DNA of 64,000 nucleotides, from contig NC_087251.1 in NCBI RefSeq assembly GCF_037042905.1, forward strand, positions 42,472,001 through 42,536,000, given 5' to 3'. A program made the translations under genes and the position numbers. The notes beneath the pieces were generated by a model that did no database searches, was not told where the DNA came from, and was given only the letters and a program-made list of their open reading frames with translations. This document shows, in pieces, positions 1 through 13,595 of this stretch (its first letter is position 1; every line of letters starts with the position of its first letter). Source of the DNA: Lytechinus pictus (lineage: Eukaryota).

Positions 1-215
1 AGAAAGAGAACTGAGAAAACTGGTTGAAAATGAAAACCTTGAGAATGATTAATCACGCAAGCCGTGTTTAATTTTTACTAATTACAACGGCGCCATACTC
101 GCATTCTTTTCCACTCTACCAATGACGTCATGGTAGAGTATTTCTATAGTTACCATGGTTATTCTTGATTGTCAACCACGCCATGAATTTACATCCGACC
201 TTCAGCAGTTTCCGC

Positions 216-251
<36 letters not shown>

Positions 252-1808
252 TATATACAAACTTAAAATGGCACAACCACAGATGCATTTAAAACGGATT
301 ACCAATTTTTTTTACCAGACGGCTATTGAGAAGAAACGCATTGCATTTACTCACCGTGTATACACATGAAAATATCTTTGATTTGTAATAACACGATTAC
401 ACTTGAACAGGCACGTTATAAATGTGTATTTGCAATACCTAAATATTGTGTCATTATTTGCAATTGAACGTTGACGTTGCATCATTGATTATTTGCAATA
501 AATTCCTTAACCTACAAAATCACGTTTATCTTCCGCTAATTGAACAGATAACATCATAGAAAGTATTCGTTTAGAAATGGTTTGAGTAGAAAATGAACAA
601 TAATCAAAGTGTGAAGTAAAAAGCAACAAACAAACCTCAAGTGCGTTTAGACATGGCTTAAATAAAGAAAAGAAAATCCACGATAATCCTACAGTTTCAA
701 GCAAAACAACATCAACAAAAAAATAAACAAATGATATTGAAATAAAATAACAATTATCACGATTTCATTAATCCAGATCCTTATGCTTATGACCGCCCAC
801 AGGGAGTGGGCTTCAATATTAGTTAAACAGGTCAGCTATTCTCAAATAAATTTCGGGAACATCATGTGTCAATCTTTGAGACAGCAAATCAGACTCTCAG
901 ATTATTAATTGCAAATTCGCAAGGAACTGAATGAATGGAAATGGTCAGATTGTAGTAAATGAAATTTACAATTAATTATACGATTCATACTTACATTATC
1001 TACAACAAGATTTTACAAACCCATATTGAATACTAATTAAATTAATAAATAACAGTGATTGAATACATACAAGCAAAATCAACATCGAGTATGATTACAA
1101 AACAGTAATGGTCATTTTAATGACCGTCTAGCCATCTGGGTCAAATAAACATTATAAAAATGAATTTGATTCTATAGTTCCCACCAACGACCGTAGTCCG
1201 CTCCGATCGCGATGTTCGTTGGTTCGAACATTAGTACCTTCGTGAATGAGGAAAACATAAAAACCTGACACTACAAATCACAAGAAAATTATATAATCAG
1301 TGAATTTGTAGCAGTATAAACAACAACAACAGCAGATTTTAAATTTTCTATTTTTCGTGGATAATAAAGGGGAGAATATACACCAAGTGGTATTAAAAAA
1401 ACCCCTAAATATAAATATTTAGCCCAGGCAGTATACAGTCTTGTCACGTTTAAGTTAAATGTTTACATCAAGCATTTATTCATATTTTATATGTTTACCT
1501 TCATATATTTTTAGAAATTAGTTTAAACAACCTTCGCTTCGCTGAGAGGTACTTCTTTATACTTGTAAATCGTTTGATAATGATCTTGATATATATATGA
1601 TATATAAATCACTTTTTGAATAAAATGATTTTGTACATGAACATTAAGGTTGTTATTTTATGAAAATAAATAACAATGCCAGATACTTTAAAAACTGTAC
1701 AACATCATGAATAAAAAAATGTCATCTTTGCGTAACTACATATAACTTTTTTATCATGATTTTTGTCATCATGTGCATTTGTAACGTTACATATGGCAGC
1801 CGATTATA

Positions 1809-2084
1809 CAGTGCGTCCCCCAAAAGAAACCAAAGGTTCCCAGTTATTTTTCAGCATGGACAAATAGTTTATGATTTATTTACATTTTCATAGGCTCGTT
1901 TTTTCTTCACATTACTTTCATAAATTATATGACACTTAACAATCACACATCGAAACGTTAATGTCGAAATCATGTTGCGCAAAAAGATTGGGCAAGATTT
2001 ATTGAGGATACAACAATCTTGCATGGCTCAATATACGTATTCATCCCACCTATAAATGGGTTAGCCTTTTGCTAGGACTCCCTG
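1809..2084. mobile_element. Degenerate Tc1/mariner-like MITE
   Basis: TA|CAGTGCGTCC ... GGACTCCCTG|TA; 8/10 terminal inverted match with TA on both sides. Confidence 0.4.
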
Positions 2085-2251
2085 TATAACTCGGACGCTG
2101 ACAGAACTCGTTTTTCTCATCAACGACGTTACCTTGTCATGGTTGAATACCAGTAAATGTCAATGTTATTTGTGTCGTGATGGAGGGGCAATAAATGCCC
2201 ATCTTAGTTTTTTTTTTTCAACTGTCTTAGGACATCCAATGTGATGTTGGA

Positions 2252-2892
2252 TCAGTTGTCCGGCTTTGATGAACGCGTTGAAGTTGCGCTGTCAGTGGGT
2301 GAACGACCCGTCGTCATTGACGTCGACCTGTCTGATTTGATGCAGACATAGTGTATATTGAACCAGCCCTCGGGAACGGACTCGTCAATGACCGTGAATC
2401 CGCCTTCATTCAGCGCAGCAGTCGTCTTCTCCCGGCCCCACATATTGCCGAGCCCTTCCCCGCCATCCGCAGCCAGCGACACCGTCATGCAATGAAACAG
2501 ACTGTTGGTGTAGAACGTGGAGGCAAACGGCATCGACATGTTGTCGACGATATCAGAGCGAGCGTTGACCTCCAACACAGACATGTGACAGCCATTCTTG
2601 AGGACTTTCGTTATCTTTCGCAAAACGACGCCGACGTGTGCCATGTCGTGCAGGGAGTCGCTCGCGAGGACGTAGTCAAACTTGCTCTCCCACTCATCGG
2701 GCATCAAGTGGGCGTCCATCACCTGGAAGTCGACATTGTCGACCTCTGCATCAATGGAATAACCCTTAGCCTGTTGGATGGCGTAGTCGCATATGTCAAT
2801 TCCTATGAAGCGGGAGTTGGGATACTGCTTGGCCATTAGGATAGACGCACCGCCTTCCCCACAGCCTACGTCTAGAACTGTGATTCCAGATT
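2252..2892 (-). CDS. Rv2258c-like methyltransferase, last coding exon (class I SAM-binding domain)
   Basis: Acceptor tttttcacAG|AA. Motif I VLDVGCGEG, FIGIDI, FDYVLASDSLHDM, and C-terminal YTNSLFHCMTVSLAADGGEGLGNMWG. Stop TGA at 2254-2252. Joined CDS 389+209+123+641=1362 nt = 453 aa + stop. Confidence 0.95.
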
Positions 2893-2974
2893 CTGTGAAA
2901 AATAATCGAAATAAAACAAACATTAACAAAAATCCCCCAGAAATGAAAATGTATTTGTTATCATCACACTGCCG

Positions 2975-3144
2975 GTGGGTGTTTCATAAAGCTGTTCGTA
3001 AGTTAAAAGCGACTTTAAGAACGACTGGTGATCCTTGCTTGTGGTAAATGGTATTGAATTGGCGATTGTTTAGCGCGTATAAGGGTTCACCAGTCGTTCT
3101 TAAAGTCGCTCTTAACTTAAGAACAGCTTTATGAAACGGCCCCC
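2975..3144. mobile_element. Hairpin MITE with ~60-bp TIRs (GG-ended, possibly PIF/Harbinger-like)
   Basis: GTTTCATAAAGCTGTTCGTAAGTTAAAAGCGACTTTAAGAACGACTGGTGA is mirrored by TCACCAGTCGTTCTTAAAGTCGCTCTTAACTTAAGAACAGCTTTATGAAAC. Confidence 0.8.
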
Positions 3145-3586
3145 ATGGATAGTAATGGATGAGGAGGGCCAACAACAAATCTTCAAAAGAAAAATACTAA
3201 CATAGGTAGAAATATATCCCTCATAATTGAAGATGATTTGGTTTCATAATTATCGTAAAATGTTTTACATTCCGGTGAAAATTGCATCCAATTGCACATT
3301 TAGTGCAAGTTCCTATATATCAACGGTACTTCGGCTTTGCAATTTGAGGCAATTGAACGCCAAATTAACTACAAATTAGTAATAAGGACTTTTGCTTAAT
3401 TTTGAGACTCTGGTTAGATTTGGAAATGAATTATGAAATTCGTTCAACGTCTATTCAATTCAATTCAATTCTTTTCTCACAAATCAATGAATAACATATG
3501 GAGTCCTTCCAGTAATCAAATGAACAAATAATTATAAAATTTAAAAAGAAAATAGGCTGGTTAGAAGAATTGGAGTTAATACTCAC

Positions 3587-3709
3587 CAAGTTTTTCTGTA
3601 AGGCCAGGTACAGTTGGCAGAAAGCAGCTTACCAAGTTCTTTCCCCACCAGATATTTGAACACTGACTCATGAACCCGTGAAATTTATCAAAATAATCAT
3701 AAGGTACAC
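3587..3709 (-). CDS. Rv2258c-like methyltransferase, coding exon 3 (absent from the ORF track)
   Basis: Acceptor tttcttttcAG|GT, 123 nt, donor CTT G|GTGAGT, phase 1/1. Encodes GVPYDYFDKFHGFMSQCSNIWWEKNLVSCFLPTVPGLTEKL. Confidence 0.92.
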
Positions 3710-4570
3710 CTGAAAAGAAAAAAAATATATAAAGTTTTATACACATCACATCAACAATATAATTTTGTTAAAATAGGAGGGGGAGACTAGCGCCGGTTTC
3801 ACTCTTGTAAAAGTTAACACTCTAAGCTGATTGCTTTATCATCATATAAAAATATATGACTTCAGACATTCACGGTTGAAAATATAAAATGTTGAAAAAA
3901 GTATATGAATAAACATATATGTAAGGAATTGTTAAAGTTTATAACATTATGACAATTAAAGTATCGATGAATATGTATATATATATTGTACGGAAACAAT
4001 GAGAGAAAACACGAAGAATGCAGCGCAAATTACAAATCTATTTTGCGTTTAGATTGTGCCAAGAAATAATATTTGACAATTTTGATATAATATCCAAGGG
4101 AAAATTTGAATGCAGGTAAACAGAAACAGCCACCTAACAAAAAAATAGTTTCAAAGATAAATCTTGACAATTATATAGCTTATTAGCAAAATTTTCTTAC
4201 TATTTTATGAGGTTAAAGAAATACAAAATGCAATTCAGTACTACATATACTTTTAATTTTGCAAACATATCGAGATCGAAACGTAAAGTTAGTAAGTTAC
4301 ACAATGGAAGGTGTATACGAATTAGGAACTTGTAGGGACCGGGGCGAGAAAAAAAAGCATTTTCAATAATGAAAATGTGCATTTTTTTTAGCATTATTTC
4401 AACGGCCTGAATAAAATGCAGCATTAGACCATTATGATGACAATCTTTAAAAATGTAAAAAAGAGAGAAAAGATATTTGCCCCCCCCCCCCAAAAAAAAA
4501 GGGGGACGGGGGAAGGGGGCTGATACCTGTATTTTTAATGTGAAGCCATTGTCTCGATAAAAATAATTAC

Positions 4571-4779
4571 CTCTTGGGCCGTCTTTTCTGAAGCACTCGA
4601 CGATATTCTCAAATACTTGACTCTGTACGGGCAAGGCACAAGCGAGAATAGTGAGTTCTTCCCCGGGTCCTTCTCGGCCGAGAAAAATTGCTCGATGTGG
4701 TGGCAGAACATAGCGGTCCCTTCCCTCTATATCGACAATGCGAGAAGTTACCATAGCCCCAAGCCATTCACGGACATAT
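4571..4779 (-). CDS. Rv2258c-like methyltransferase, coding exon 2
   Basis: Acceptor cccctcttcAG|A, 209 nt, donor AGA G|GTAATT. Encodes YVREWLGAMVTSRIV...YVLPPHR...VFENIVECFRKDGPRG. Phases fit both neighbouring exons. Confidence 0.92.
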
Positions 4780-5339
4780 CTGAAGAGGGGGGGGGGGATA
4801 ATGACAAAATTATTTCAATGATTAATTGTTAATTGTTTGGGTAAAATACATGCATATCATTGAAGATGGATATGAAGATGAATACATACATGAATGTATT
4901 TTAAAACAGAATGGATATACTTAATGAGGTGGCCAAAAAATAGATAAATATTGAAAAACTTTGAAATGATATTGAAAAAACCCAGTGTTCATGTAATGTA
5001 GGCGACCAATGAAAAAAGAGAGAAAACATCCCGTATATTGGAATATGATAATTATGGTGACAATGATGATGATCCATCATCATAATAAGCAAATGGTATA
5101 TGATAATAATACGAATAATTGAATATTAATGATGATAACAACAACAACAGCAATAATAATATAATAATAATAGTACTACTAATAATAATGATAATAATAA
5201 TAGTAATAATATTAATAATAATAATAATAATAAACACAAAGATAAACAAAGATTTCCAACGAGCAGAGATGAAAACTTGGAATATCGACTTCCATTAACA
5301 ATAATAATAGTATTATCCATTAATGATAATGATAATAAT

Positions 5340-5436
5340 AGGTCCTCTCCCTCGGAGAGGACCTTGATCAGTCGGTCATCTGGTTGCTTGCTTACAAGGC
5401 AAGCATCAATGCTTTCTTAGCAATCAGGTAAAAAAT
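5340..5436 (+). mobile_element. 5'-truncated copy of the SINE at 8214
   Basis: CCCTCGGAGAGGACCTT...TGGTTGCTTGCTTACA...TGCTTTCTTAGCAATCAGGTAAAAAA matches 8328-8410. Confidence 0.75.
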
Positions 5437-6495
5437 CACCACCACCACCATCTAAAAAAAAATTAGTCCCCCCGATGGTATTAAAAAGGAAGAAGTTAAA
5501 GAAACTCATCAAACTTTGGCCGTCTTTCATTCTATTGATACAAGTTCAAGGATATAGCAATTAGATTTCATTCCATTTCAATGCATGGCTTTAATCTGCC
5601 CCTCAGGGGCAACTATATTGGATTCTGTTAAACAGAATATTGCCTTTACTTTACATGTTTTTCACAAAGCCCAACATACAATACTCGAGCGAGGGAAGTT
5701 GAAAGGGGTACACGTAAATCGATAGCAAGGAAAAAAATAATGGGTTATACACATGAGAGTACGCATAAAAGCTGGCTGCTCGTTTGGGGGGAAGATCTCT
5801 TCAAATTTTCTTTCCCGATTTTCCTCTTTTCAGGGGCGTAGTGTTAGGAAGGGAGTGCATTGAGAATGCATCTTATTCATTCAGGTGGGGTTTGTAAGCG
5901 GTGCTTTTGTAGTCTATCGTTCCACCAGCTGTCCATCAGTATTTTTCACATGCAGAAATATTATATTGGTATTATGATGTTTTCTTCTCAGATGCAGCTG
6001 CCACGGACCTTGCGAACATCGAGATGATTTTTCACACAATGAAAACAAACTTCAACCACCCAGGATAAAGGAAAGCTTCCAAATGCATTAAATTTTGTTG
6101 ATAGAATATTTCCGCTTTCGGTGCAACCTTCCATTTTGTGTGATTTTTCAACCATATCAGTTTTGTTCCATGCGTTTTCCAACTTTACAAAAAAATCAAC
6201 ACAATACAATATTTTCTTAATTACGATGAGGTTTCACACCTATTTAATCTCCATCTAAAATGTTATATAAAACGAACTATTTTTTTTTCATTCCTTCTCT
6301 TTGGTATACTTTAAAAATTGACAGGCAAATTCTTGTCATTTTTTATTCGTCCGACTAAGGGCTTGCTATAGACATTAAAGCCGAACAATATTCATGAAAT
6401 GTGTAAATCAAATATTTCATGGTAATAAAATAATCTGAACAGAGAATTCATGAATTTTATTATAAACCCCATATACCAATACTGCTGTCCAAAAC

Positions 6496-6663
6496 GATGA
6501 TGATGATGACGATGATGATGATTATGATGATGAATGTGGTGGTGGTGATGACGAAGACGACGATGATGATAACGTTGATGATGATGATAATGATAAAGAT
6601 GACGGGGATGTTGATAATGATGATGATGGCGACGACGACGACGATGGTAGTAATAATGATGAT
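6496..6663. repeat. Imperfect (GAT)n/(GAC)n microsatellite
   Basis: Visible trinucleotide run; it produces the spurious His-rich ORF 6392..6676. Confidence 0.9.
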
Positions 6664-7714
6664 TAAATAAGAGCATCAGGGGAAAAGGCGTGTTGGATGT
6701 AAGATGCGTTATCAGTTCCCATGGTTACAGTATACTATTATCAGTTCTACCAAATTCTATGTTTACCATATTCACGCGCTTTGTAGTCTATAATCTTTTG
6801 TTCTCTTACAACTCTCAGGACACCAAACTTTCACTTCACATTTTTTCGTCACTTCAGTAGGCCCAATTGACAATGTCCGTCATTTTGAGATTTTAAACTT
6901 ATAATTTTTTTATAGATTTGTCACAAACGGAGATCATGAGATCGACGATTTTACCCTTAAAACTGTCTTTATAAGACGCATGGTAGAGCGACCTCACTTA
7001 TAAGAAACGACCCCTACGGGTTTTTTTTTTATAAATGATTTTGACCACGTTCATAACTCCGAGGTAAGCGTGTTATAACGAAACTGTAAATAACTAAAAA
7101 TGAAAATCCTCCAAAGTCCATTTAAACAAAGAAATAGAATTTGTTTGCATGAAATACTTTTCAACAATCCACAAATACAAGAATTCAATTATCGATTATT
7201 ATCTAAACAACTTGATGCCTACTTATAAGACTTTTAAGAAATAAATCAGAAAGGTGGATGGGTGTAACTGGAGATAACCTATTTGCATAATCATCATTTC
7301 AACAAAATTATCTAGAAATAGCGATTTTAGATTTAAATGGCATTTGAATACCTTTTCTGTTTCAATGTCACTATGATTATTTTACTTTTTGATAATAGTG
7401 GGCAGTTTGGAGTTGCAATCACTTTAAAAACAATTCGACCGAAAAAAGGGCCTGTTTTGATAGGAATAATGAAGTCAATACTTTTCAAGTTCAAGCCCAA
7501 GTTCATTTCAGTTACGCTCATTGAAAATATAGATCACATACAAAACACAAATAAAGTACAAGTAAAGTATAGAAAAATTAGACCGTACATCATATTATCA
7601 AACACCTAAAAAAACAACCGCTAAGATATTAAGATTAAGAGTGAGGGGTTTGACTAAGAAAGAAGTGAGTCTACAATTGGCCATATAGCGCTCATCCCTC
7701 ATCAATGATAAAAA

Positions 7715-7964
7715 TTTATATAGAATTTATGTGGCGCCGATTATCTAGTTACCTATATTCAATGGCGCACTCTATTACCCCGGCTATAGCTCCAACTGCG
7801 ATAAAGGCGCTCGGTCCAACTTCTGCCGGGAACCCATTTCCTGGGTTGAGAGCAGCAGAATGTGGACCAACTTCTAGCGGAAGGAAATTACACCATGGCT
7901 GGGATTCGAACCCACGATCCTCGGTTTCAAAGTCCGGTGACAAATCCACTGAGCCACAACGCTC
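7715..7964 (-). mobile_element. tRNA-derived SINE
   Basis: Minus-strand head has box A TGGCTCAGTGG and box B GGTTCGAATCC. Body CTGCTCTCAACCCAG...GGGGTAATA is shared with the copy at 11080-11545. Confidence 0.8.
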
Positions 7965-8213
7965 AACGAAATAACATTATTAAGAAAAGGTGGGGGCGAG
8001 ATGGATGTGTTAAAAGGAGTTTGGTAAATCAATGCACAGTTTTAATGAAATATAGTTTTCTAATTTCATTTAAAACTGTAAAAACGTATACAATACGTCA
8101 TGTTCGTTGTGTGTTTCTATATGGGTATGAAGTGCAATGTATCTGGACAGTCAAAACAAGTAGTAGATTCTAGTTTTCCTCTCAAAATTTATTCTGTACT
8201 AAATCTCACACAT

Positions 8214-8413
8214 GATGCGATAGCTCAGTCGGTAGAGCGGGGGTTTCGGATTCCGGTGACCCGGGTTCGATTCCCAAGTGGTGCGCTAGTGCCCTTTGGT
8301 ATAAGGCATTTATCCTCATTACAAGGTCCCTCGGAGAGGACCTTAAGCTGTTGGTTCCCTGGTTGCTTGCTCACAGGCATTCGTGCTTTCTTAGCAGTCA
8401 GGTAAAAAAAAAA
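8214..8413 (+). mobile_element. tRNA-derived SINE with Deu/Nin-like central motif
   Basis: Box A TAGCTCAGTCGG, box B GGTTCGATTCC, central GTCCCTCGGAGAGGACCTTAAG..GGTTCCC, A-rich tail. A second partial copy lies at 5340. Confidence 0.82.
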
Positions 8414-9509
8414 CTCGGTATGTTTGTTACTTGGTCACTTTCATAAATATTGCTTAGAAACGTTAAGGCGACCGAACACCTTACGATTGGTCTGCTACCC
8501 GATTTTGGTAGAATTTGATGCTAATATTGAAACATGGAATATTTTACTGTGCAATGTTCGAAATCATCGTACAAATACCCGTGTTCAAATATGTGACTAT
8601 CATGACCATGCTACTATTCTTATTAGAATAAAAGCGAATTTAATACCTTGTCGCAATGACGCCATAACAGTCGTACGATATTGGCTACGATTTGAAACTG
8701 ATTTCGCCTTTACTACAAAAGTCTTGCAAAAACAATTCAACATTTGTATATTTGTATGCTTTCAGAAAACTTGAACCTCAAATAAAAATATACTCTTCAT
8801 TCAAATTTTCAAAAAATGAGCAAAATGTTCCAAGTCGATCGTGGACCAGTCCTAAGGTGTATACGGTGGCTTTTATACTACCATAAATACATGCAGCAAG
8901 TTAGAAAATTGTCATTTGAAGACTGCCCAAATTGCTACACGAATAAAGCCATACAGAATGTGACATTTCCGGCAATCTTTACACGATCATAGAGCAAACG
9001 AATTAACTTTTTCAAAGAGCGAAATTGGCACATGCACAATAAACTGTTTACCTACAGCTTTATTAAAGTTATTCAAATATTAAGCATTCTACGAGTTTGA
9101 TTGTTATTTAGTAGAGCAAATTTGTCGTTTTTTCTTCGAAATTTCATCTAGGTAAGGGGGAAGTGGTTTCACCAATCAGTCTTCATGCATTTCTCTTCCC
9201 CAATCATTCTGTCTCTCTTCAAAATAAGGATTTTTCTTTCAAGAAGCATAATGAAAATGGCAAATGTATATTGTTACATTTTCACCAAAACATGAGGATG
9301 TCGTCTAGTTATTTCTGCAGGTCTGTTAAGTCTTTACTCTAAATTAGATGGATTTATCCAGGTCTGCTGTCTGCAAAACTCTTGATTGATTGGATATGAA
9401 TCCTGAATATCTATTTTTGAATCTCAAAGGATTTGAATTCCAATTTTACAGGTTAAGTGAAATACAGGTTGATGAATAGTAAATCCCGTAGGAACTCGAC
9501 AGGACAGCT

Positions 9510-9662
9510 TTTTACTGGTAAGCGTCAAGCTGGTATATATAGCCTAACTAATTATTACAGGCTTAGTGGCTGACCTTGTAGGCGAGACAATGGCAGAGCA
9601 GGGATTCGAACTCACAACCTTATGATTATGTCCAATGCTCAAACCACTAGACCACACGACCC
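9510..9662 (-). mobile_element. Degenerate tRNA-derived SINE
   Basis: Minus head GTCGTGTGGTCTAGTGG (box A) and GAGTTCGAATCCC (box B), similar to the head at 11545. The 3' boundary is approximate. Confidence 0.6.
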
Positions 9663-11079
9663 GTGTCTTTTAAGCATAATTTTATTGAATATGTTTATTT
9701 TTTCTTTTTATTGTTAAGAATCATGCATACCAACAACGCATCCTATAATTAAGGAGCCACGTAACGCCCTTGAAGTGGAAGTTGGTGTATAACATCGTAG
9801 ATTGTGTTCCTCTTTTACCCAAAGAGTATTTATCTAACAAGCTCACTCCGGAACACCCCAGGGCACGCTCAAACCGCACCAAATTTCATCTCTATTCATA
9901 TCAATCTAACCCAACTATTGTCAGATCGATTAGTATTTAGACGCAGTTTGTTTGTCGCGGGTTATCAAATTCACCGCCGGCAAACTGTTTTATTCTATTT
10001 TTATATTATATTTCTCATTCATTGATCATTCCTTGTTGAACTGATGAAGAATTTGATAAACTATACGAATGAATTATGAGAACAAGACCGCTCTGAATTT
10101 CGTTATAATGTATTTTATCACTCTAATGTATAAAATGCGGGCCCATTGAAAGCGGTCATGATGATTATATGATATCGAATTGATGTGTATTTTGCATGCA
10201 AACCCTTAACGATTTTGGTTAGAGACCGCGCTTTTTCTTCTCTTTTTTTTCCATTTTGACAAACAGGAAGAATAACAACCATAAAATTGCCGAGATGATA
10301 AAGATATTTTGATCAAATTCGTGACAAGAGAATTGGTACATGCTAGAGTGACAGGCAGAAATATTATTTATTCAACTTTGAAATTACCAAGACCGTCACG
10401 GACCGCCTGATTCGAATAGAAATTACCAAGTATTGATTTTGAACGCCTAAGGCCGCACTCCAGATTAGGAAAACATCATAAATATTCATTGTTGCCAAAT
10501 GGGCGATGGAGGAGCGATTAGAAAATTTATCAATTATGTCGTTTCTAGCTTACAAAAACCCACTTTGAAAATAAAATATTGATACAAATTGCCATTTGAT
10601 GAGTTCTTTTATCCTAAGATCTCTGTAAATTTATTTGTGGATAGACATGTATTCGTTTCGCTATCACAACATTCAATCAAACTGACACCAATCAGGCACT
10701 ATTCCCGAGATAGCATGCTTTCAAACGTTCCCCACAGCTCCGCTAAACTTCACTATAAAGCAAAGGAACATAACACTGTAATAAACCTTCAAATGAAATG
10801 TCCCTCTCAATTTTTGTTGCATACTTCATTATGAGATATGATATTTGATATGAAAGGTAATGTAACCTTTTTGCTCGGTGTACATTTCGATATGTTTTAA
10901 GGGTGGCAATCCTCGTAACGCATTTTGACTTTGCCACTCTCAACCCAGGTGTGTCCTTTGATGAGGGTGTCGTCAATTTGAGTTGAATTCCATTTACCAT
11001 ATTTTAACCATTCAGTTTGAGTCACCTGACCATGTAATCCCTTGACCAGTGTATAATCATGATATGATAATATTGACCA

Positions 11080-11545
11080 TTTATATAGTGCAGCTACTAT
11101 ATTTATATACTCTACTGCACTTAACATTTTGGTATCATATTATTACCCCAGCTGTAGCCAACCGCCATTATATAGACTCTAAAAACAAATCAGTCAAAAT
11201 GACTAGTTAATAGGGTCAGCTGGGTGCAACTGTTATTCTAGTCATATATTTGACTATTTTCTAGTCGTAGTTTACTAGAACATAGTTATTTCTGAATAGA
11301 ATGTAATTCAGAAGTGTGACTAGGCACATCAGTTGCACCCAGCTGACTACTGGTCTGGTCAATTTAATTTAGTTGTTTTAAGAGTGTAGGCGCTCAAGCA
11401 TTCGAGGAATTTCTTTTTACTGGGTCGAGAGCAGCAAAATTTGAGTAAATATCTTGCTGATGGAAAATACGCCATGGCTGGGAATCGAACCCACGTCCCA
11501 CAGATTGAAAGACGAGATTCGTAACCACTAGACCACACAACGACG
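11080..11545 (-). mobile_element. tRNA-derived SINE interrupted by a MITE
   Basis: Box A TGGTCTAGTGG, box B GGTTCGATTCC. Body is collinear with 7715-7964 once 11175-11386 is removed. Confidence 0.8.
11175..11386. mobile_element. TA-flanked palindromic MITE (CACTCT-ended group)
   Basis: TA|GACTCTAAAAACAA ... TTGTTTTAAGAGTG|TA, with internal inverted pair GTCAGCTGGGTGCAACTG / CAGTTGCACCCAGCTGAC. Confidence 0.8.
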
Positions 11546-13595
11546 TATCGCATGATATATGTTGATATATAGTTGCCCCAAGTACACCACTACTTGCAAA
11601 TATTAAAAACAATCGTCTGAATACATTAACATCTCAGCAAACTGTCATGTTTGTATTATTTAAAAAAACAATCAATTTTAAAATCGTTGTATCCCGTAAT
11701 GTACTTTAAATGCCGCACAACAATCGTGTCGTAATAACCATGATAACATACACTTTTTTTTTTTTTTTTTACTTCATATTGATGGAAAAACCTTCACCAA
11801 TTTTAAGCATACAAATTAGCGTAAGCCCCTCAAAAATAACAATAATAATAAAACAATGTAACATTTATTTTCAAACAACAGCATATTTCTTATTTATACC
11901 CCTTCATTTTTCAGTTTAATTTCTGCAATCAAACAAAGATCCCTTCTTTTGCGAAGGTCATTTTCTAACAAGACGTTGTGTGTAGGCCTATATAGCTTAT
12001 ATAACATTCATCCTATTACGATACAAAATTTGTATCTAAACAGAAATGATGGGGACATAAATTAGATGAACAAAAATAAATCAAAATATGATATCGCCTT
12101 TCACCGTTCATCATTGCAAGAACCTTTTAATGCCTCAAAATAGGGCCCGAAACTTTCATCTATTTTAGACAATATAAATTTTACTTTCGTGGAACTTTCT
12201 TCGGTTAGAAAACGAGCCCATTTCATTTCACTATAATTCTTAGGGGAAAAGACGATGGTTCAAGAAGCGACTTTTAAATTACTTCTTTAATTGCTCAAAA
12301 TAAATGAGAACTAAATATACATCTACCCTAACGACATGTTATGGTGTAGGTGACAACAAAACTATAATGATGGAATTTCCGGCCTTTAAACATGTTGAAC
12401 GTTTACCATTTTATGCTTCGTAATCTTTTAAATTCTATCCAATTCTGCTTCCTGCTTTCTCCTAAAAGGCCGATTAATCTCCTTTCATAACTATATAACT
12501 AAATAATCGTTTAAGCGTTTCCACTGGTTTAAGATAAATGAAAAGCTGCTTAAATAAAGCCCTTTTAATACGAATTTAAGTTATTCAACCACTGTGGCGG
12601 CTTCCTTAACAAAAGTAAGAGGCGTATACGGACCAAGCTTGCGAAGCCAAAGAACGTGGGTCTCACTCGGTCGCGGAACCGCTCTGGTTGCTATCCGCCA
12701 GCAGATCGCTCTCAAGAAAAAAAGAAATTAATCCCCCGAACAATCTGACAAAGAAACCACCCTCAATTTGTTAATCGCCACCAAAGCCTATCTACATGAG
12801 TGTCTGTGTCATAATCGGATGATATAAACCTACTGAAGGTAACAAGTCAATATGTCAATTATTAAGTCTTCTTTTAACAAATGTTACTTCCGAATTCCAT
12901 ACTCCCAGCTCTGAAAATTACGATCTTTGATATCTTTTTATTTCTTTTTAAACATGTCTTAACCAATATCGCACAATTGATTAGTTTTGTCATAAACAAA
13001 CTTTATACGGTATAGGCTGAAGGTGGTATCGTATTAAGCATCAACCGTAAGTGATCGGAAGTGAGTGTGAATGTGATGTATCACAGACAAAAAAACCGTA
13101 ACTCATTGATATTAGTCATGTTAGTATATGGATGAGCATGTGTTCGATTGTATACTGTCTTCGATTAAGAACTGCGATGTCATTTTTATCAGTAAAGCCA
13201 CATGAATATTTATCGTCTAATCATAAATGTCTACAGAGAAGCATTAAATACAAAGCGTCATTTCTGGAATTTCAGCGTCACTTTCTGCACCCTAGATCAT
13301 CCACCCACTCACATGCACAGCATATTTTAAAATCAAGATGAATCATATTAATTCCGCTAGATTAAATCACAGATATGTGATGAAAATGACAACTGGTAAA
13401 AGCATAATCACACAAAGGTCCGAATTCCACCAATTTCTGCACGAACAAAAGGGAGAGCGATAACAATAATCTTTATTCGAGTTTAGAATTACTGAGGCAT
13501 GCATGCATGTTGAATTTTTGTGTGAAAGATCAATTATAGTTTACTTATTGAATTAAAAAAAATGTACTAGTCTTCTCCTACACCATGTAAACATG

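Noticed and set aside
2351..2839. 162-aa plus-strand ORF
   Set aside because: Antisense shadow of the methyltransferase exon.
4200..4570. 3' part of the 184-aa ORF
   Set aside because: Read-through into intron 2 beyond the donor at 4570.
6392..6676. His-rich ORF; also ORFs at 4901-5320 and 16473-17508
   Set aside because: Translations of simple repeats and low-complexity DNA.
7890..7964. tRNA gene (minus); likewise 11470-11545 and 9590-9662
   Set aside because: These are SINE heads with imperfect cloverleaves; at 7715 and 11080 they continue into a shared body.
8214..8286. tRNA gene
   Set aside because: Boxes A and B are present, but the acceptor and anticodon stems do not pair, and the sequence runs into a SINE body repeated at 5340.
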